Virus record (IMG/VR): IMGVR_UViG_3300035113_000077
Coordinates: 1-64,000 of that record
Reading direction: 5' to 3' (one strand)
Length of the DNA: 64,000 nt
Source: a virus
The notes beneath the pieces were generated by a model. The model saw only the letters and a list, made by a program, of their open reading frames with translations, was not told the origin of the DNA and made no database searches. Position 1 is the stretch's first letter, and every line of letters begins with the position of its first letter. Positions 28,838-38,451 of the stretch are shown in pieces. Position numbers and translations under genes: made by a program.

Positions 28838-31708
28838 TCATGCTACCTTTCTCAATTCTTTTCTAACATCACGATTTCTAGCTTCACTGATAAGACAAAC
28901 TTCATTTAACCAATAATTCAGATTAACTTCTTTTCCTAGTTTCACCATTGTTCCTAATCTAAATCCAGCTTCCCCATCGGCTTTCAGTGGAACTTTCCAT
29001 TTAATTCCAAAATCATCTTTAATTGTTTTTATTACATCTTCTGTTAATAGCTTTGATCCTAGTCTATTAGCTTCTGGTAAATACTTTACTTTTGTTCTCC
29101 AAATCATCTGATCATGTACTTCCATTCGTAAATCTTGTAGCAATTTATACTTATCTTTAAATCGATGCAATAGAGCCATTGCAATAACTGATATTTGATG
29201 AGCTGTTCCTTGAATTGGACTATTGATGGCCTGATTCCCTGTAAATGTGTTTCTTGTATCATCATCACTTATTGGTCTACGAGCACCAAACAATGTCTCA
29301 ACATATCCATATTCTTCAGCTTGCTCTTTAAAGCTATCCATCAATTGACGAACACGTTTGAATTTTTTCCAGAAAGCTTCCAGTAGTTCTCCTACTCTTT
29401 CAAAACTAATCTTCACTCCCTCATTCTTTAACTGCTGGTATAAACCTTTATGTTGTTTGCCATAAATAATTGCAAAGATGATTGACTTACAAGCAGCTCT
29501 TGTATGAGCATCATTCATTATTCTTTCTACTGTCCACCCTGTTAACTCAGCTCCAATCGCAGAGTGAATGTCAACACCTTTTTCAAAGAATTCAATTAAC
29601 TTAGGATCTTCAGACATTTGAGCCAAGACCCTAACTTCCATTTGGCTAAAGTCAAATGCTAAAAATGCATATAAGTCTGAAAACTCTTTATGGCTAAATA
29701 GTCCTTCACTAAATTTATGAAATAAAACTACTAGAGCTTTCGCTCGTTCTGTTCTTTCTTTCTTCTTCTCATCTATTTCAAATAGTCTTTTATATTTTTT
29801 ATTCTTACTCTTAAAGATATTGAATAAGTTCTTATACCAGTAATCTTGTACTTTATACCATTTGTCATCTGAGATGATAAGATTTTTTATCATCTTATCT
29901 TTAGGTACATTCTGAAGGTTGATTATTCCTTTTTCTTTCTCTTCTACACTTTGCCCACCACCTCCTGATCTTAACCTAAAGGTAATTGTTCCTGTTAACC
30001 ACCAAGTTGTTCTAAGCAGCCCATCGTGCAAGTCTGCCGATTTCTTAAATGACTTCAATCCTTTTGTATTAAGTGCATTGTACCACTTATATGTTAACAG
30101 ATTAGAAATAAACTTAGTGGGTTGTTCTTCATTGATTAATTCTAAAGTAGTAGCTCTACAATTCTGTGTTACAACTTCTTTTCCTTTTACAAATATTGTA
30201 GGAGCATCTAATCCCATCTCATCATAGATGATTGGCAATAGCTGCTGAGATGAATTAGGATTTAGTTCTTTATGACCACATATTTTTTGAAGCTTTTTCT
30301 TTAATTCAGCTACTCTAACTGGAAATATTTTTGTTAGTTCTTCGTGGTACCGATAATCAAGCATTGGCCCACGATGTTGCATTTCATCAATTGTAAATGA
30401 AGCATCAATATAAACTGACATCAAAGGCTTATTAACAACACCTTTTGTCATCTGTTCTATTCTTTTGCTTAGGTCACAATCTGCTCCGTTGTATAGAACA
30501 AGCTTATTGATTGGTACTCTACTATAATCTAATGTTCCTAACTTTCTTCCCTTTTTATAATCTTCACCTGGTGGTAAAGCTTCTGGCATTGTTACTTCTT
30601 TATAGCCAGCAAATTCAGGGAACCATCTCTCAGCTAATCTACTTAATCCATAAGCTTTTATACTTGAATCAAAGAAGTATGCACCTAACTCAGAGTCATA
30701 ATCAAACCCTCTTATCTTCCATCCATAAATTCTATATGTTGCAGGAACATCACTACATCCATGATGAAAGATCTTCTTTATCTTTTTATCCGTAAGTAAG
30801 AGCTTGGTGTATTTCTTAACTATCTTTCTATCTGGATTATCTAAGTTCTTTGGGTGGTCTAGAATGAATACGTAAGTTAAATGTTTCTTTGGGGAGAAGC
30901 CATATACTAGTCCAATATCTTTTTTCCATTCAAAATCAACAGCTATACTTTGTTTTCTTTTAAGAGCATAAAACTTAATATCTCTATAAGCTTTCTTGGC
31001 TAGCTCTTTTGTATCAACTTTAATATACTGTTGCTTTAATAAAGTTCTAAAGTTTTCTAAACCTTTAGGAGCTTTGATCTGTTTGCCAAAAGCTTCTTCA
31101 GCAGCTAATTTCAATGTGGCTTGAAAGTCTTTAAATCGTTGGCCTTTCTTACCAGCATATAAAAAGAAAGCAGGATGATCTGTAATTATAGCTTTTGCTT
31201 TTAGCTTTTCTGACCAGAATATTTTTGTATTCTTTTTATATTCTCTACCTAGAACTTGTCTTGCAGCAACTAATCCAAGAATAAGAATTACTTTAGCTTT
31301 AGATTTATTTAAAGCATTTTCAGTATAGATAGAGCAGCAATGAATTTCTTCCTTGTTTGGGGTATTTCTCTGAACTCTATACCCACTAGAATCTTTTTCA
31401 TTTGGCAAACATCTTACAGAGTTTTGAACATCACAATACTTTCTCTTTACTCCTAACTTCTTAAACTCATGCCAGAGGATTTCACCTGTTGGCCCAACTA
31501 GTTCTTTCTTTCTCTTTACTTCTTTTGCACCAGGATTTTGTGCCCATATAAATAATCGTTTACCTTTGACTTTACCCATTACTGGACCAAAGCCATACTT
31601 AAATCCTTTTCTTGCTGGGCAATGGTCACAACCACGCTCATCTAAAGTTAGCTTTTTGTTCTTAACTTTTTTAGTTTCGATCTGTACCAGATTTTCGTAG
31701 GATGGCAT
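28838..31708 (-). CDS. family A DNA polymerase with N-terminal uracil-DNA-glycosylase-like domain (SPO1-type architecture)
   Basis: N-term CxxC, QNPG..E...VGPTG, N.VRC.P, HPA; 3'-5' exo VDFE/YNGAD; NLQN, DFSQMEVR (motif A), R...K...F...YG (B), VHDQ (C). Confidence 0.9.
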   Translation of the reverse strand: MPSYENLVQIETKKVKNKKLTLDERGCDHCPARKGFKYGFGPVMGKVKGKRLFIWAQNPGAKEVKRKKELVGPTGEILWHEFKKLGVKRKYCDVQNSVRCLPNEKDSSGYRVQRNTPNKEEIHCCSIYTENALNKSKAKVILILGLVAARQVLGREYKKNTKIFWSEKLKAKAIITDHPAFFLYAGKKGQRFKDFQATLKLAAEEAFGKQIKAPKGLENFRTLLKQQYIKVDTKELAKKAYRDIKFYALKRKQSIAVDFEWKKDIGLVYGFSPKKHLTYVFILDHPKNLDNPDRKIVKKYTKLLLTDKKIKKIFHHGCSDVPATYRIYGWKIRGFDYDSELGAYFFDSSIKAYGLSRLAERWFPEFAGYKEVTMPEALPPGEDYKKGRKLGTLDYSRVPINKLVLYNGADCDLSKRIEQMTKGVVNKPLMSVYIDASFTIDEMQHRGPMLDYRYHEELTKIFPVRVAELKKKLQKICGHKELNPNSSQQLLPIIYDEMGLDAPTIFVKGKEVVTQNCRATTLELINEEQPTKFISNLLTYKWYNALNTKGLKSFKKSADLHDGLLRTTWWLTGTITFRLRSGGGGQSVEEKEKGIINLQNVPKDKMIKNLIISDDKWYKVQDYWYKNLFNIFKSKNKKYKRLFEIDEKKKERTERAKALVVLFHKFSEGLFSHKEFSDLYAFLAFDFSQMEVRVLAQMSEDPKLIEFFEKGVDIHSAIGAELTGWTVERIMNDAHTRAACKSIIFAIIYGKQHKGLYQQLKNEGVKISFERVGELLEAFWKKFKRVRQLMDSFKEQAEEYGYVETLFGARRPISDDDTRNTFTGNQAINSPIQGTAHQISVIAMALLHRFKDKYKLLQDLRMEVHDQMIWRTKVKYLPEANRLGSKLLTEDVIKTIKDDFGIKWKVPLKADGEAGFRLGTMVKLGKEVNLNYWLNEVCLISEARNRDVRKELRKVA

Positions 31709-31713
31709 ATTGA

Positions 31714-31998
31714 TTAGTGATCCGTTTGGTCAGTTCTAGATTCATTTTTTATAATAATATCTTCTAATACTTTTTGAGCATCTACTCCTAAAATTTCCAA
31801 ACCACCAAGAGCAAAAACTATAGTGTCCCCAAGACCATCAATCATTTCTTCAATATTCTGTTTTCTTCTCCATTTTTCAAATTCACCAATTTCTTCAACT
31901 AGTCCTAATGTTGTTTTTTGTAAGTCGGTTGCAGATGTCCAACAATTTCTATTTATTCTATTTGCAATTATTCGTTCCTGCATTTCTTTTAAAGTCAT
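31714..31998 (-). CDS. MazG-like nucleotide pyrophosphohydrolase
   Basis: LVEEIGEF...EMIDGLGD.IV all-alpha NTP-PPase motif. Confidence 0.75.
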   Translation of the reverse strand: MTLKEMQERIIANRINRNCWTSATDLQKTTLGLVEEIGEFEKWRRKQNIEEMIDGLGDTIVFALGGLEILGVDAQKVLEDIIIKNESRTDQTDH

Positions 31999-33122
31999 TA
32001 GTTTGTCCTCCTACTAATTAATAATTCAATGTTTCCAGCTTTAACATAAGAACGATTCTCTTTATCAAAACTCCAGTGTATCTTTTCACCAGTTAATGCT
32101 ATAACTCCTAGCACCCCAATTACTCTATCAAATGGTAGATCAACAGAAAAATCATAAGCAATTTTTTTCTTCAATTTTATCTTATCTCGAAACATCGTAT
32201 GACCAAGTGGAATAATTGTCTCCAGTTTACTTGATCCTTTTTTTCCAGTCAATGTTAAGACCCAATCCAATCTTCTAACTGACCCAAGGTATCCTGCTAG
32301 TCTTTCAATTACTACTCCATAGCTTTTAGCATCCACTACAAAAGCTAGCTTAGAGTTTTTCTTTTCAGTGCTAATTAAATTATCAATTCGTTTATATGGA
32401 AATTTCTTTTTAGCTTCTACTGAGATTGTTTCCCAGACTTTACCTATCCCAAAGTCAAGAATCACTTCATGTTTGGTAGCTTCTACTCCTACTAGCTTTG
32501 GATTGGCCATTAAATCAATAATGAATAATGGTAGTGGAATTGGTTCATTTAAAACTAATTTACTTTTAACTTCAGCACGAATATTTAATACTCCAGTAGT
32601 TGCGTAGAGTACGATATTCTTTCCACTACGTCTTGCATATACACAATTCTTTTCTGGTTCAGACGTTGATTCTTCTGCACAATGTTTTGCAGCAATCAAT
32701 AGAGTATTTAATTCTTTTTCTGTCTTAACTTCATGTCTAGTTGTCTTTCCAATGTCTTCATAGCCAGCTTTTGAATCAGCACAAGTAAGTTTAGCTTTTC
32801 TATTGCCATTTACAATGGTTAGTTCTTTTTTACCTGACTTTATAAATCTAAAATCTGACTTTGACTTGATATTCTTAGCAGCAGAAATGAAAGGATCAAA
32901 CAATCTACGATCTATATAAATATCTTTTTCAAATGGCCAATCACCATTTCCTTTTATTTCAGTATAGCCAGATACTTCCGATGCCATCATCATCTTTACT
33001 TTATTCTTTTTACCAGAAACTTTTATAAACTCTGAAGTAATGATTCCTGGTCTAGATGGAATCATTGATAAGACTTCTACTACATTTATAATCTCATCTC
33101 TTTTTATTGACCATTCACTCAT
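31998..33122 (-). CDS. DnaN (beta sliding clamp)-like protein
   Basis: About 375 aa; N-terminal .I.RDE....V..L..IPSR, central LYATTG (cf. LVATDG) and FPYK (cf. FPDY); next to the polymerase, with a DnaX-like loader nearby. Confidence 0.55.
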   Translation of the reverse strand: MSEWSIKRDEIINVVEVLSMIPSRPGIITSEFIKVSGKKNKVKMMMASEVSGYTEIKGNGDWPFEKDIYIDRRLFDPFISAAKNIKSKSDFRFIKSGKKELTIVNGNRKAKLTCADSKAGYEDIGKTTRHEVKTEKELNTLLIAAKHCAEESTSEPEKNCVYARRSGKNIVLYATTGVLNIRAEVKSKLVLNEPIPLPLFIIDLMANPKLVGVEATKHEVILDFGIGKVWETISVEAKKKFPYKRIDNLISTEKKNSKLAFVVDAKSYGVVIERLAGYLGSVRRLDWVLTLTGKKGSSKLETIIPLGHTMFRDKIKLKKKIAYDFSVDLPFDRVIGVLGVIALTGEKIHWSFDKENRSYVKAGNIELLISRRTN

Positions 33123-33330
33123 AGTCTTTCCATCCATCTTCATACTGTATATCCCAGTGTTCGTCTATGAAAAGAAGTTTATGTTCATTTGAACTATCAG
33201 TTCTATGTTTTTGAAGAAAATCATTTAATTTTTTCATGATATTATCTTCAATAAGATATATGTAATCACTTTGACCAATCCATAATTTTTCTTTACAAGA
33301 TGTACAAACAATATCTGTTGTAACGCTCAT

Positions 33331-33738
33331 TTATTTGCCTTTCATTGCTTCCTTCATCCGAGTAAGAGATTCTCTCCACATTCCATGTCTTTTAACTATG
33401 TCAATAAACTCTTCTACTTCGTGATGGAATAGCTTAAATTGAGTTCCTTTCTTTGTTTTCTTACGTGCCATGTGTCTGAGTTCGTGGTCAACTAAAGCTT
33501 TCTGTCCTTTGTGACCTAGACCAGCCCATTCATCAGCATTGAATGTTAAAACATAATCACCATCTACTCCTGCTTTTCTTGCTTTCTTAGATACTAATGC
33601 CATAGTACCATATTTGTCCCATTTACCAGTACGCATTAGAATAACAATTTTAGCTTTACGGAATTTAGAATAGTACTTATGTCTAATATCTTTTACTAAT
33701 TTAGTTACTTCACTTGGTGCTTTGAAATAATCTGTCAT
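33331..33738 (-). CDS. phage metallopeptidase-like domain protein
   Basis: ALVDHELRH (HExxH) and HEVEEF.DIV.RHG. Confidence 0.7.
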   Translation of the reverse strand: MTDYFKAPSEVTKLVKDIRHKYYSKFRKAKIVILMRTGKWDKYGTMALVSKKARKAGVDGDYVLTFNADEWAGLGHKGQKALVDHELRHMARKKTKKGTQFKLFHHEVEEFIDIVKRHGMWRESLTRMKEAMKGK

Positions 33739-34337
33739 AACAGTGAATTCTCCTTACTTTTTGCTCCATCAAGAAATTCATACTTTGTTCTTTCACTATC
33801 TAAAAATGTTCCTCTCAACGATACTGTTCTAGTATATGAACCAGATTTCTTAACCCCACGAGCGCACATACAAAAATGAATAGCTTCAATTACTACTCCA
33901 CAACCTTGAGGATTAACTACTTCATTAAATATGTCTACAATCTGATCTGATAACTTTTCTTGTATCTGTAGCCTATGAGATAGAATTTCTGTCATTCTAG
34001 GAATCTTTGATAGCCCAACTATTTTACCATTTGGAATATAACCAAAATGAATCTTGCCCGCAAATGGGGCTATGTGATGAGCACAATGGCTAATGAAGGC
34101 TATATCGTTCACCCATATCATTTGATTATACTTTGATTCTTCAAAAGAAGCAGATAGTACACCTTTTGGTCCCGGGTCTGCTTTATAACCATTTATATAC
34201 TCATGCAAAGCTTCAACAAATCTATTAGGAGTATTTACTACATGATCATCTTTTAGTTCTAGTTCTTTACAAAGTTTAGTTATCCCTAAACTAATTAAAG
34301 TTTCCCAACTAAAACTTTCTAATAAGTGTGTTCCCAA
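33735..34337 (-). CDS. folE: GTP cyclohydrolase I
   Basis: TP.R, SHCAHH..PF.G, Y.P..K.VGLSK.PR, RLQIQE.L, H.CM.ARG; probable TTG start 6 nt after the G13 tract (alternative TTG at 34379). Confidence 0.92.
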   Translation of the reverse strand: MGTHLLESFSWETLISLGITKLCKELELKDDHVVNTPNRFVEALHEYINGYKADPGPKGVLSASFEESKYNQMIWVNDIAFISHCAHHIAPFAGKIHFGYIPNGKIVGLSKIPRMTEILSHRLQIQEKLSDQIVDIFNEVVNPQGCGVVIEAIHFCMCARGVKKSGSYTRTVSLRGTFLDSERTKYEFLDGAKSKENSLL

Positions 34338-34343
34338 TTTTAA

Positions 34344-34356
34344 CCCCCCCCCCCCC
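34344..34356 (-). repeat. G13 homopolymer between dpdA-like gene and folE
   Basis: 13 consecutive C on the + strand in a very AT-rich genome. Confidence 0.9.
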
Positions 34357-34360
34357 TCAA

Positions 34361-35356
34361 TTATACTAATATTTCCCAATTTGCTTTTTTATAAGTTAAA
34401 TCAATAAATTGATCTAAGTGATTGTAAATCCAAGCGTTGTAAACGCAGCGTTCAAATATTGATGTTCTCAACTTATCAAAATCAAACCCAGCCTTATCTA
34501 CAGAGTCTTCAATTTCTCGTCTAATTGATTTTGGCATTCTGTTATATGTTACAGGATTGCCAGTTTGTCTTTCGCTAACGTGAATTGATCGCATTACACT
34601 TCTATCATTATCTGGAACTAGAATCATTCCGAAGGCAGCTGTCTTAGCCCATGTTGCACTATCTACACTCCACCAAGGAAATTCTAGCATTGAAGAAATA
34701 TAAGTGAACGCGAACCCATGACAGTTAACTTTGTATTCTTCAGCAATTCTAAATATCTTTTCAAAGAACTTTCTTTTAGGTAGAAATCCACGTCTCTTAG
34801 CTGGATAGGCGCCGATGCATATGAGTTTGTATCCTTCGTCGCAGTATCTTTTGAAAAAATCTAAACTCATATCTCCATGATACACAGGTGCTGGTCTAAT
34901 TCCTTTTTTCTCTAGGTACTTTTGCATATCCCAAATTATATCGCAATCTTTTTTATAATCAAAATTGCAGTAGACATCCCAATGTTTACTATCGCTCTTT
35001 ACAAAATCTATATACTGCTTTACTGTCTTATTCTTCTGTTCTTCGAATTCTTGTTCTGTCAGAATCTTTTTATTTGCTGATAGTTTACCACCTTGCTTTC
35101 TTACAAACTGATAGAATGAGAATGCAGAACTATCCATAAATATTCCAACATTCTTAGCTATAGCTGCATCATACATTTCTCTTATTTTCTCTTGATAGTA
35201 AAATGCACCCGGGCAGACATATGCAAAATTTAAGCAACGATATTTTGTTCCAGACCGTTTTATCCAGTCTAGCTCAAATTCGTAGTTCCGATTTTTATGT
35301 TCCTTGAGTACAGCACGAAATCCACTCAAGTACATTCTAGGCAATTTAATTTTCAT
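34361..35356 (-). CDS. DpdA-like / TGT-fold 7-deazaguanine transglycosylase
   Basis: FMDSSAFS, PVYHG, ICIG, HGFAFT, P..SVDSATW...AAFG TGT-fold motifs; directly upstream of folE. Confidence 0.72.
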   Translation of the reverse strand: MKIKLPRMYLSGFRAVLKEHKNRNYEFELDWIKRSGTKYRCLNFAYVCPGAFYYQEKIREMYDAAIAKNVGIFMDSSAFSFYQFVRKQGGKLSANKKILTEQEFEEQKNKTVKQYIDFVKSDSKHWDVYCNFDYKKDCDIIWDMQKYLEKKGIRPAPVYHGDMSLDFFKRYCDEGYKLICIGAYPAKRRGFLPKRKFFEKIFRIAEEYKVNCHGFAFTYISSMLEFPWWSVDSATWAKTAAFGMILVPDNDRSVMRSIHVSERQTGNPVTYNRMPKSIRREIEDSVDKAGFDFDKLRTSIFERCVYNAWIYNHLDQFIDLTYKKANWEILV

Positions 35357-35613
35357 GGTCTATCATGATCTCTAGCCACTTTTTGCCCAGTAAATACATT
35401 ATGAGAATCTTTCATTTGTTGCATCATTGGATTTGTAAGATTTCTAATTTTATTAAATAGATTGTTCCAAGTTTCAGCTTTGTAGGCCTTTGTAATATGC
35501 TGAACAATAGTACTTCCAACTTCATAACTACTTAAACAATTCAGTAATTCTATTTCATCATTTTCTAGTTCTAATGATAAACTAAATTTTATTTCTTTTG
35601 CTTCTATTTTCAT
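35353..35613 (-). CDS. hypothetical protein
   Basis: ATG after GGAG; coupled to neighbours. Confidence 0.5.
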   Translation of the reverse strand: MKIEAKEIKFSLSLELENDEIELLNCLSSYEVGSTIVQHITKAYKAETWNNLFNKIRNLTNPMMQQMKDSHNVFTGQKVARDHDRP

Positions 35614-36476
35614 ACTAACTCCGGATGGTTTGGTTTGAAATCTGTAACATATTCTTTTGGAAGTAAGTGACGATATGATCTCCACCCAATGTACTTAGCA
35701 TATCGTTCATTATCACCCATTGCTTCACAAACATGTTCGAAAGGACTAGCGTGCATTGGAGTAGAATTAGCTAGACGTTCAAATAGTTTTACGTCTTCAG
35801 CAAAATCTCTTTTTCCTTCTTGAGTCAAGTAGGATGTTCTAGCACAGCGACCAATTGAAATTCGTTGCCTAGTTAACCAAAGATCATGAACCATTCTTAT
35901 TTGTAAATCTTCTTCCTGAGTAATATAAGGTGTATGCCAATCACCTTTAACTAATTCTTTTGGAGTTGATTTGAAATAAGCAAGTTGAGCCATATAAGCT
36001 TGATCTGCAATTGCTTCTGCTGCATCAGGATGGCATCTAAGAGCAAAGTAATTTGACCAAGCACCCCAGTCTCCAGTTACACAAACTGTAATCCACATCC
36101 AAGGTTCTACTAATCTATTCACCAATTGCTTATGAACATTTAGCCCATTTTTATCAGCTAAAAATTTAGCCCAACTAATAGCATTATCTCTTGCTTCTAA
36201 CCAAATACCCTTAGCTTCTTCATAATCTTTTCCTTTCAAAATTTCTGAATGTTGCATTCCCTTTTGATTTATTCCAAAAGTTCTAGGAATGTAAGGGTCA
36301 ACAATTACTCGTTTCAACATTGTTTCAAAAGGAATAGCTCTACTACTAGAGGCGTTACGAGCAAACATACAATGAGTATTAAACTCTGCATGAATAATTC
36401 TAGGGTGGGTTAGTTGCATCGTAGTTAAACGATGTCCATTACAAATTGAATCGGCAAGTATTTTAGCTTCGTACAT
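35610..36476 (-). CDS. thyX: flavin-dependent thymidylate synthase (phage type)
   Basis: PRIIHAEFNTHC.FARNASSSRAIP, HKQ.VNRL.EPW, LR.HPDA, S.GRCARTSY, HASPFEH. Confidence 0.82.
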   Translation of the reverse strand: MYEAKILADSICNGHRLTTMQLTHPRIIHAEFNTHCMFARNASSSRAIPFETMLKRVIVDPYIPRTFGINQKGMQHSEILKGKDYEEAKGIWLEARDNAISWAKFLADKNGLNVHKQLVNRLVEPWMWITVCVTGDWGAWSNYFALRCHPDAAEAIADQAYMAQLAYFKSTPKELVKGDWHTPYITQEEDLQIRMVHDLWLTRQRISIGRCARTSYLTQEGKRDFAEDVKLFERLANSTPMHASPFEHVCEAMGDNERYAKYIGWRSYRHLLPKEYVTDFKPNHPELV

Positions 36477-36690
36477 TTTGTTTTCTTCCTTCCAATCGTT
36501 CAATTCGTCTATTCAAATACCAAGCTGCTTTTTTCAAGTCTTCAATCGTTTTAACTTTTTGTTTCTTACCTGCTCTAGCAATATACTTCACTGCATTGCC
36601 AAGATTAAAATCAAAGTCTAATCCCCAAGCCTCCAAAACTTTTATAACTTCATAAGTAGTGTCGCCACCATAATGGTTAGGATGATTCAC
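36463..36690 (-). CDS. DUF3310 / T7 gp1.7-like nucleotide kinase domain protein
   Basis: VNHPNHY, F.LGNAVKYI.RAGKK, EDLKKA.WYL; probable GTG start after AGGAGG. Confidence 0.8.
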   Translation of the reverse strand: MNHPNHYGGDTTYEVIKVLEAWGLDFDFNLGNAVKYIARAGKKQKVKTIEDLKKAAWYLNRRIERLEGRKQNVRS

Positions 36691-36941
36691 CCATTCTTTC
36701 CTCCTATTCTTTCTTGAATTGGATGTTACTGACTTTGATTGAACCATCTCTTTCTTCATAGTGCCATGTTCTGCCATAGTGCTCTCCACTCCTCAAAATT
36801 TTAATTAACCTCTGCTCACCAGTGCTACCAACTTTTCTACATAGCTTTTTAATTTTCTTAAATGTTGTGCCCACCATTGCCAGAGAAAATGCTTTATAGA
36901 TCAATGAAGTAGAATGGGCCATTGGATTTCCGGGAAATCGT

Positions 36942-37184
36942 TTACGACGCATACTTTTCGACCCTCACATATAATCTGCATATTTTTCTATCTTGGCATA
37001 TTTTACTACACACTAAAGAATGTTTATCATACTGATCTATTTTTCCGAAACAAACTGTTTTGTCTTTTTTGGCTTCATTATAACAACTACTACAAATACA
37101 AGTCGATGGAAAGAACTTCAAATCTTTAAAGTCTTGTTCAGAGAATTTCTCTTCACACAAAACACATTGGAAGACTTTAGTCAT
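36942..37184 (-). CDS. small Cys-rich Zn-finger-like protein
   Basis: CVLC, CSSC, C...C..C...C. Confidence 0.5.
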   Translation of the reverse strand: MTKVFQCVLCEEKFSEQDFKDLKFFPSTCICSSCYNEAKKDKTVCFGKIDQYDKHSLVCSKICQDRKICRLYVRVEKYAS

Positions 37185-37729
37185 CTTCGTAACCAGGTAT
37201 TAAAATTTACAACATCACATATTACATTTTTATGTACTTTAAATAACTTAGCTAATCTAGTTTGTGTATACTTTCCAGTAGCATATAGCTTTCTAATTAA
37301 TTTAACTATTTTCCAAGTTAATTTTGCATTACCATTATTTTCACCAGTGTGATCTTTACCATACATCGGATTATTTTTACCACTTCTATTTGTAACTGTA
37401 TTTCCAATTTTAACTCCATTTCTAACAGCATGTCGCATATTTTCACTACGATTACACCACTCTAAATTCTTATAGTGGTTATCACTTTTAATTAAATTCT
37501 TGTGGTTAACATGTGGTCTTTTTCTTGTTTTTCCATCAACAAAAGTTACAGCTATTAACCTATGAACATATAATACTTTTCTTACGCCACCATCTGTTTT
37601 TGCAAGTACTTGTATATAACCAGTCTTAGTAACATACTGATTCTTTATAACTTTGGTTACACTATTACGTATATACTTACCATTTTTAGTTGCCTCAACT
37701 TGATAGCCAGTAACTTTATACCATTTCAT
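37181..37729 (-). mobile_element. free-standing HNH homing endonuclease
   Basis: YVHRLIA.TF, VNHKN..KSDNHYKNLEW, NPMYGK, GE.NGNAKLT plus HTH; paralog of 22050-22568. Confidence 0.85.
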
Positions 37730-37731
37730 GC

Positions 37732-38349
37732 TTATAACTCTACAAAATTAAATTCCGGTAGCCTACTTACAACATCATTTCTAATCTGTACACAATTCAT
37801 TAGCTTTCGACAATCAGTTCTATCTAAGCCATACTTAGCTGCTAACTGTTTGAATTCTACTTTGTCCTTTCTAAATCTAACACTATGAGTATGTATCTTC
37901 GTGGCATCCATTTGCAGGAACCACCTTCTCATCGACTCTCTTAGATTGTCGCTAGCATCATTATATGCTTCAAGGAATGCCCTGCGTATATGTTCGCAGT
38001 CTTCAGCAGCTTCTTCCTCTTTTGAAACATCATGACCACCTAGCAACATGTCTTCTATCATTAGGTCATTAGCATCGAATCTCTTATTTGCATTTAATGT
38101 TTCAGCGCACCGATGATAGAAGTTTTCAAGCTTTGTCCACAGTATAGTTGTTAGCTTTCCTTTCTTTGGATCGAATCTTCCTTTTGCTAAAAACTTTGTT
38201 GTTACAAATATTCCATCTTGTATCATATCGCTAATTTCGATATAGCATCTAGTCTTTGGTGGTAATTTCTTCCATGACTCTATAGCCTTTTTTGCAATCA
38301 ATCCTTTTACAGCATTTATATCACTATCAGTCACAAGTTTTACCTTCAT
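37732..38349 (-). CDS. phage sigma70-like factor (region 2)
   Basis: DMIQDG........RFDPKKGKLTT..W resembles DLIQEG...A..KFDP.KG.KFSTYA. Confidence 0.6.
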   Translation of the reverse strand: MKVKLVTDSDINAVKGLIAKKAIESWKKLPPKTRCYIEISDMIQDGIFVTTKFLAKGRFDPKKGKLTTILWTKLENFYHRCAETLNANKRFDANDLMIEDMLLGGHDVSKEEEAAEDCEHIRRAFLEAYNDASDNLRESMRRWFLQMDATKIHTHSVRFRKDKVEFKQLAAKYGLDRTDCRKLMNCVQIRNDVVSRLPEFNFVEL

Positions 38350-38451
38350 TTCGTTTGCTACCTTTGTTACTAGATTTAATTAAATTATACCAGTTATTAT
38401 AAATGGTAGCCAAGTGATTGTCGAGTGTTATATTGTGGGATATTTTACAAT

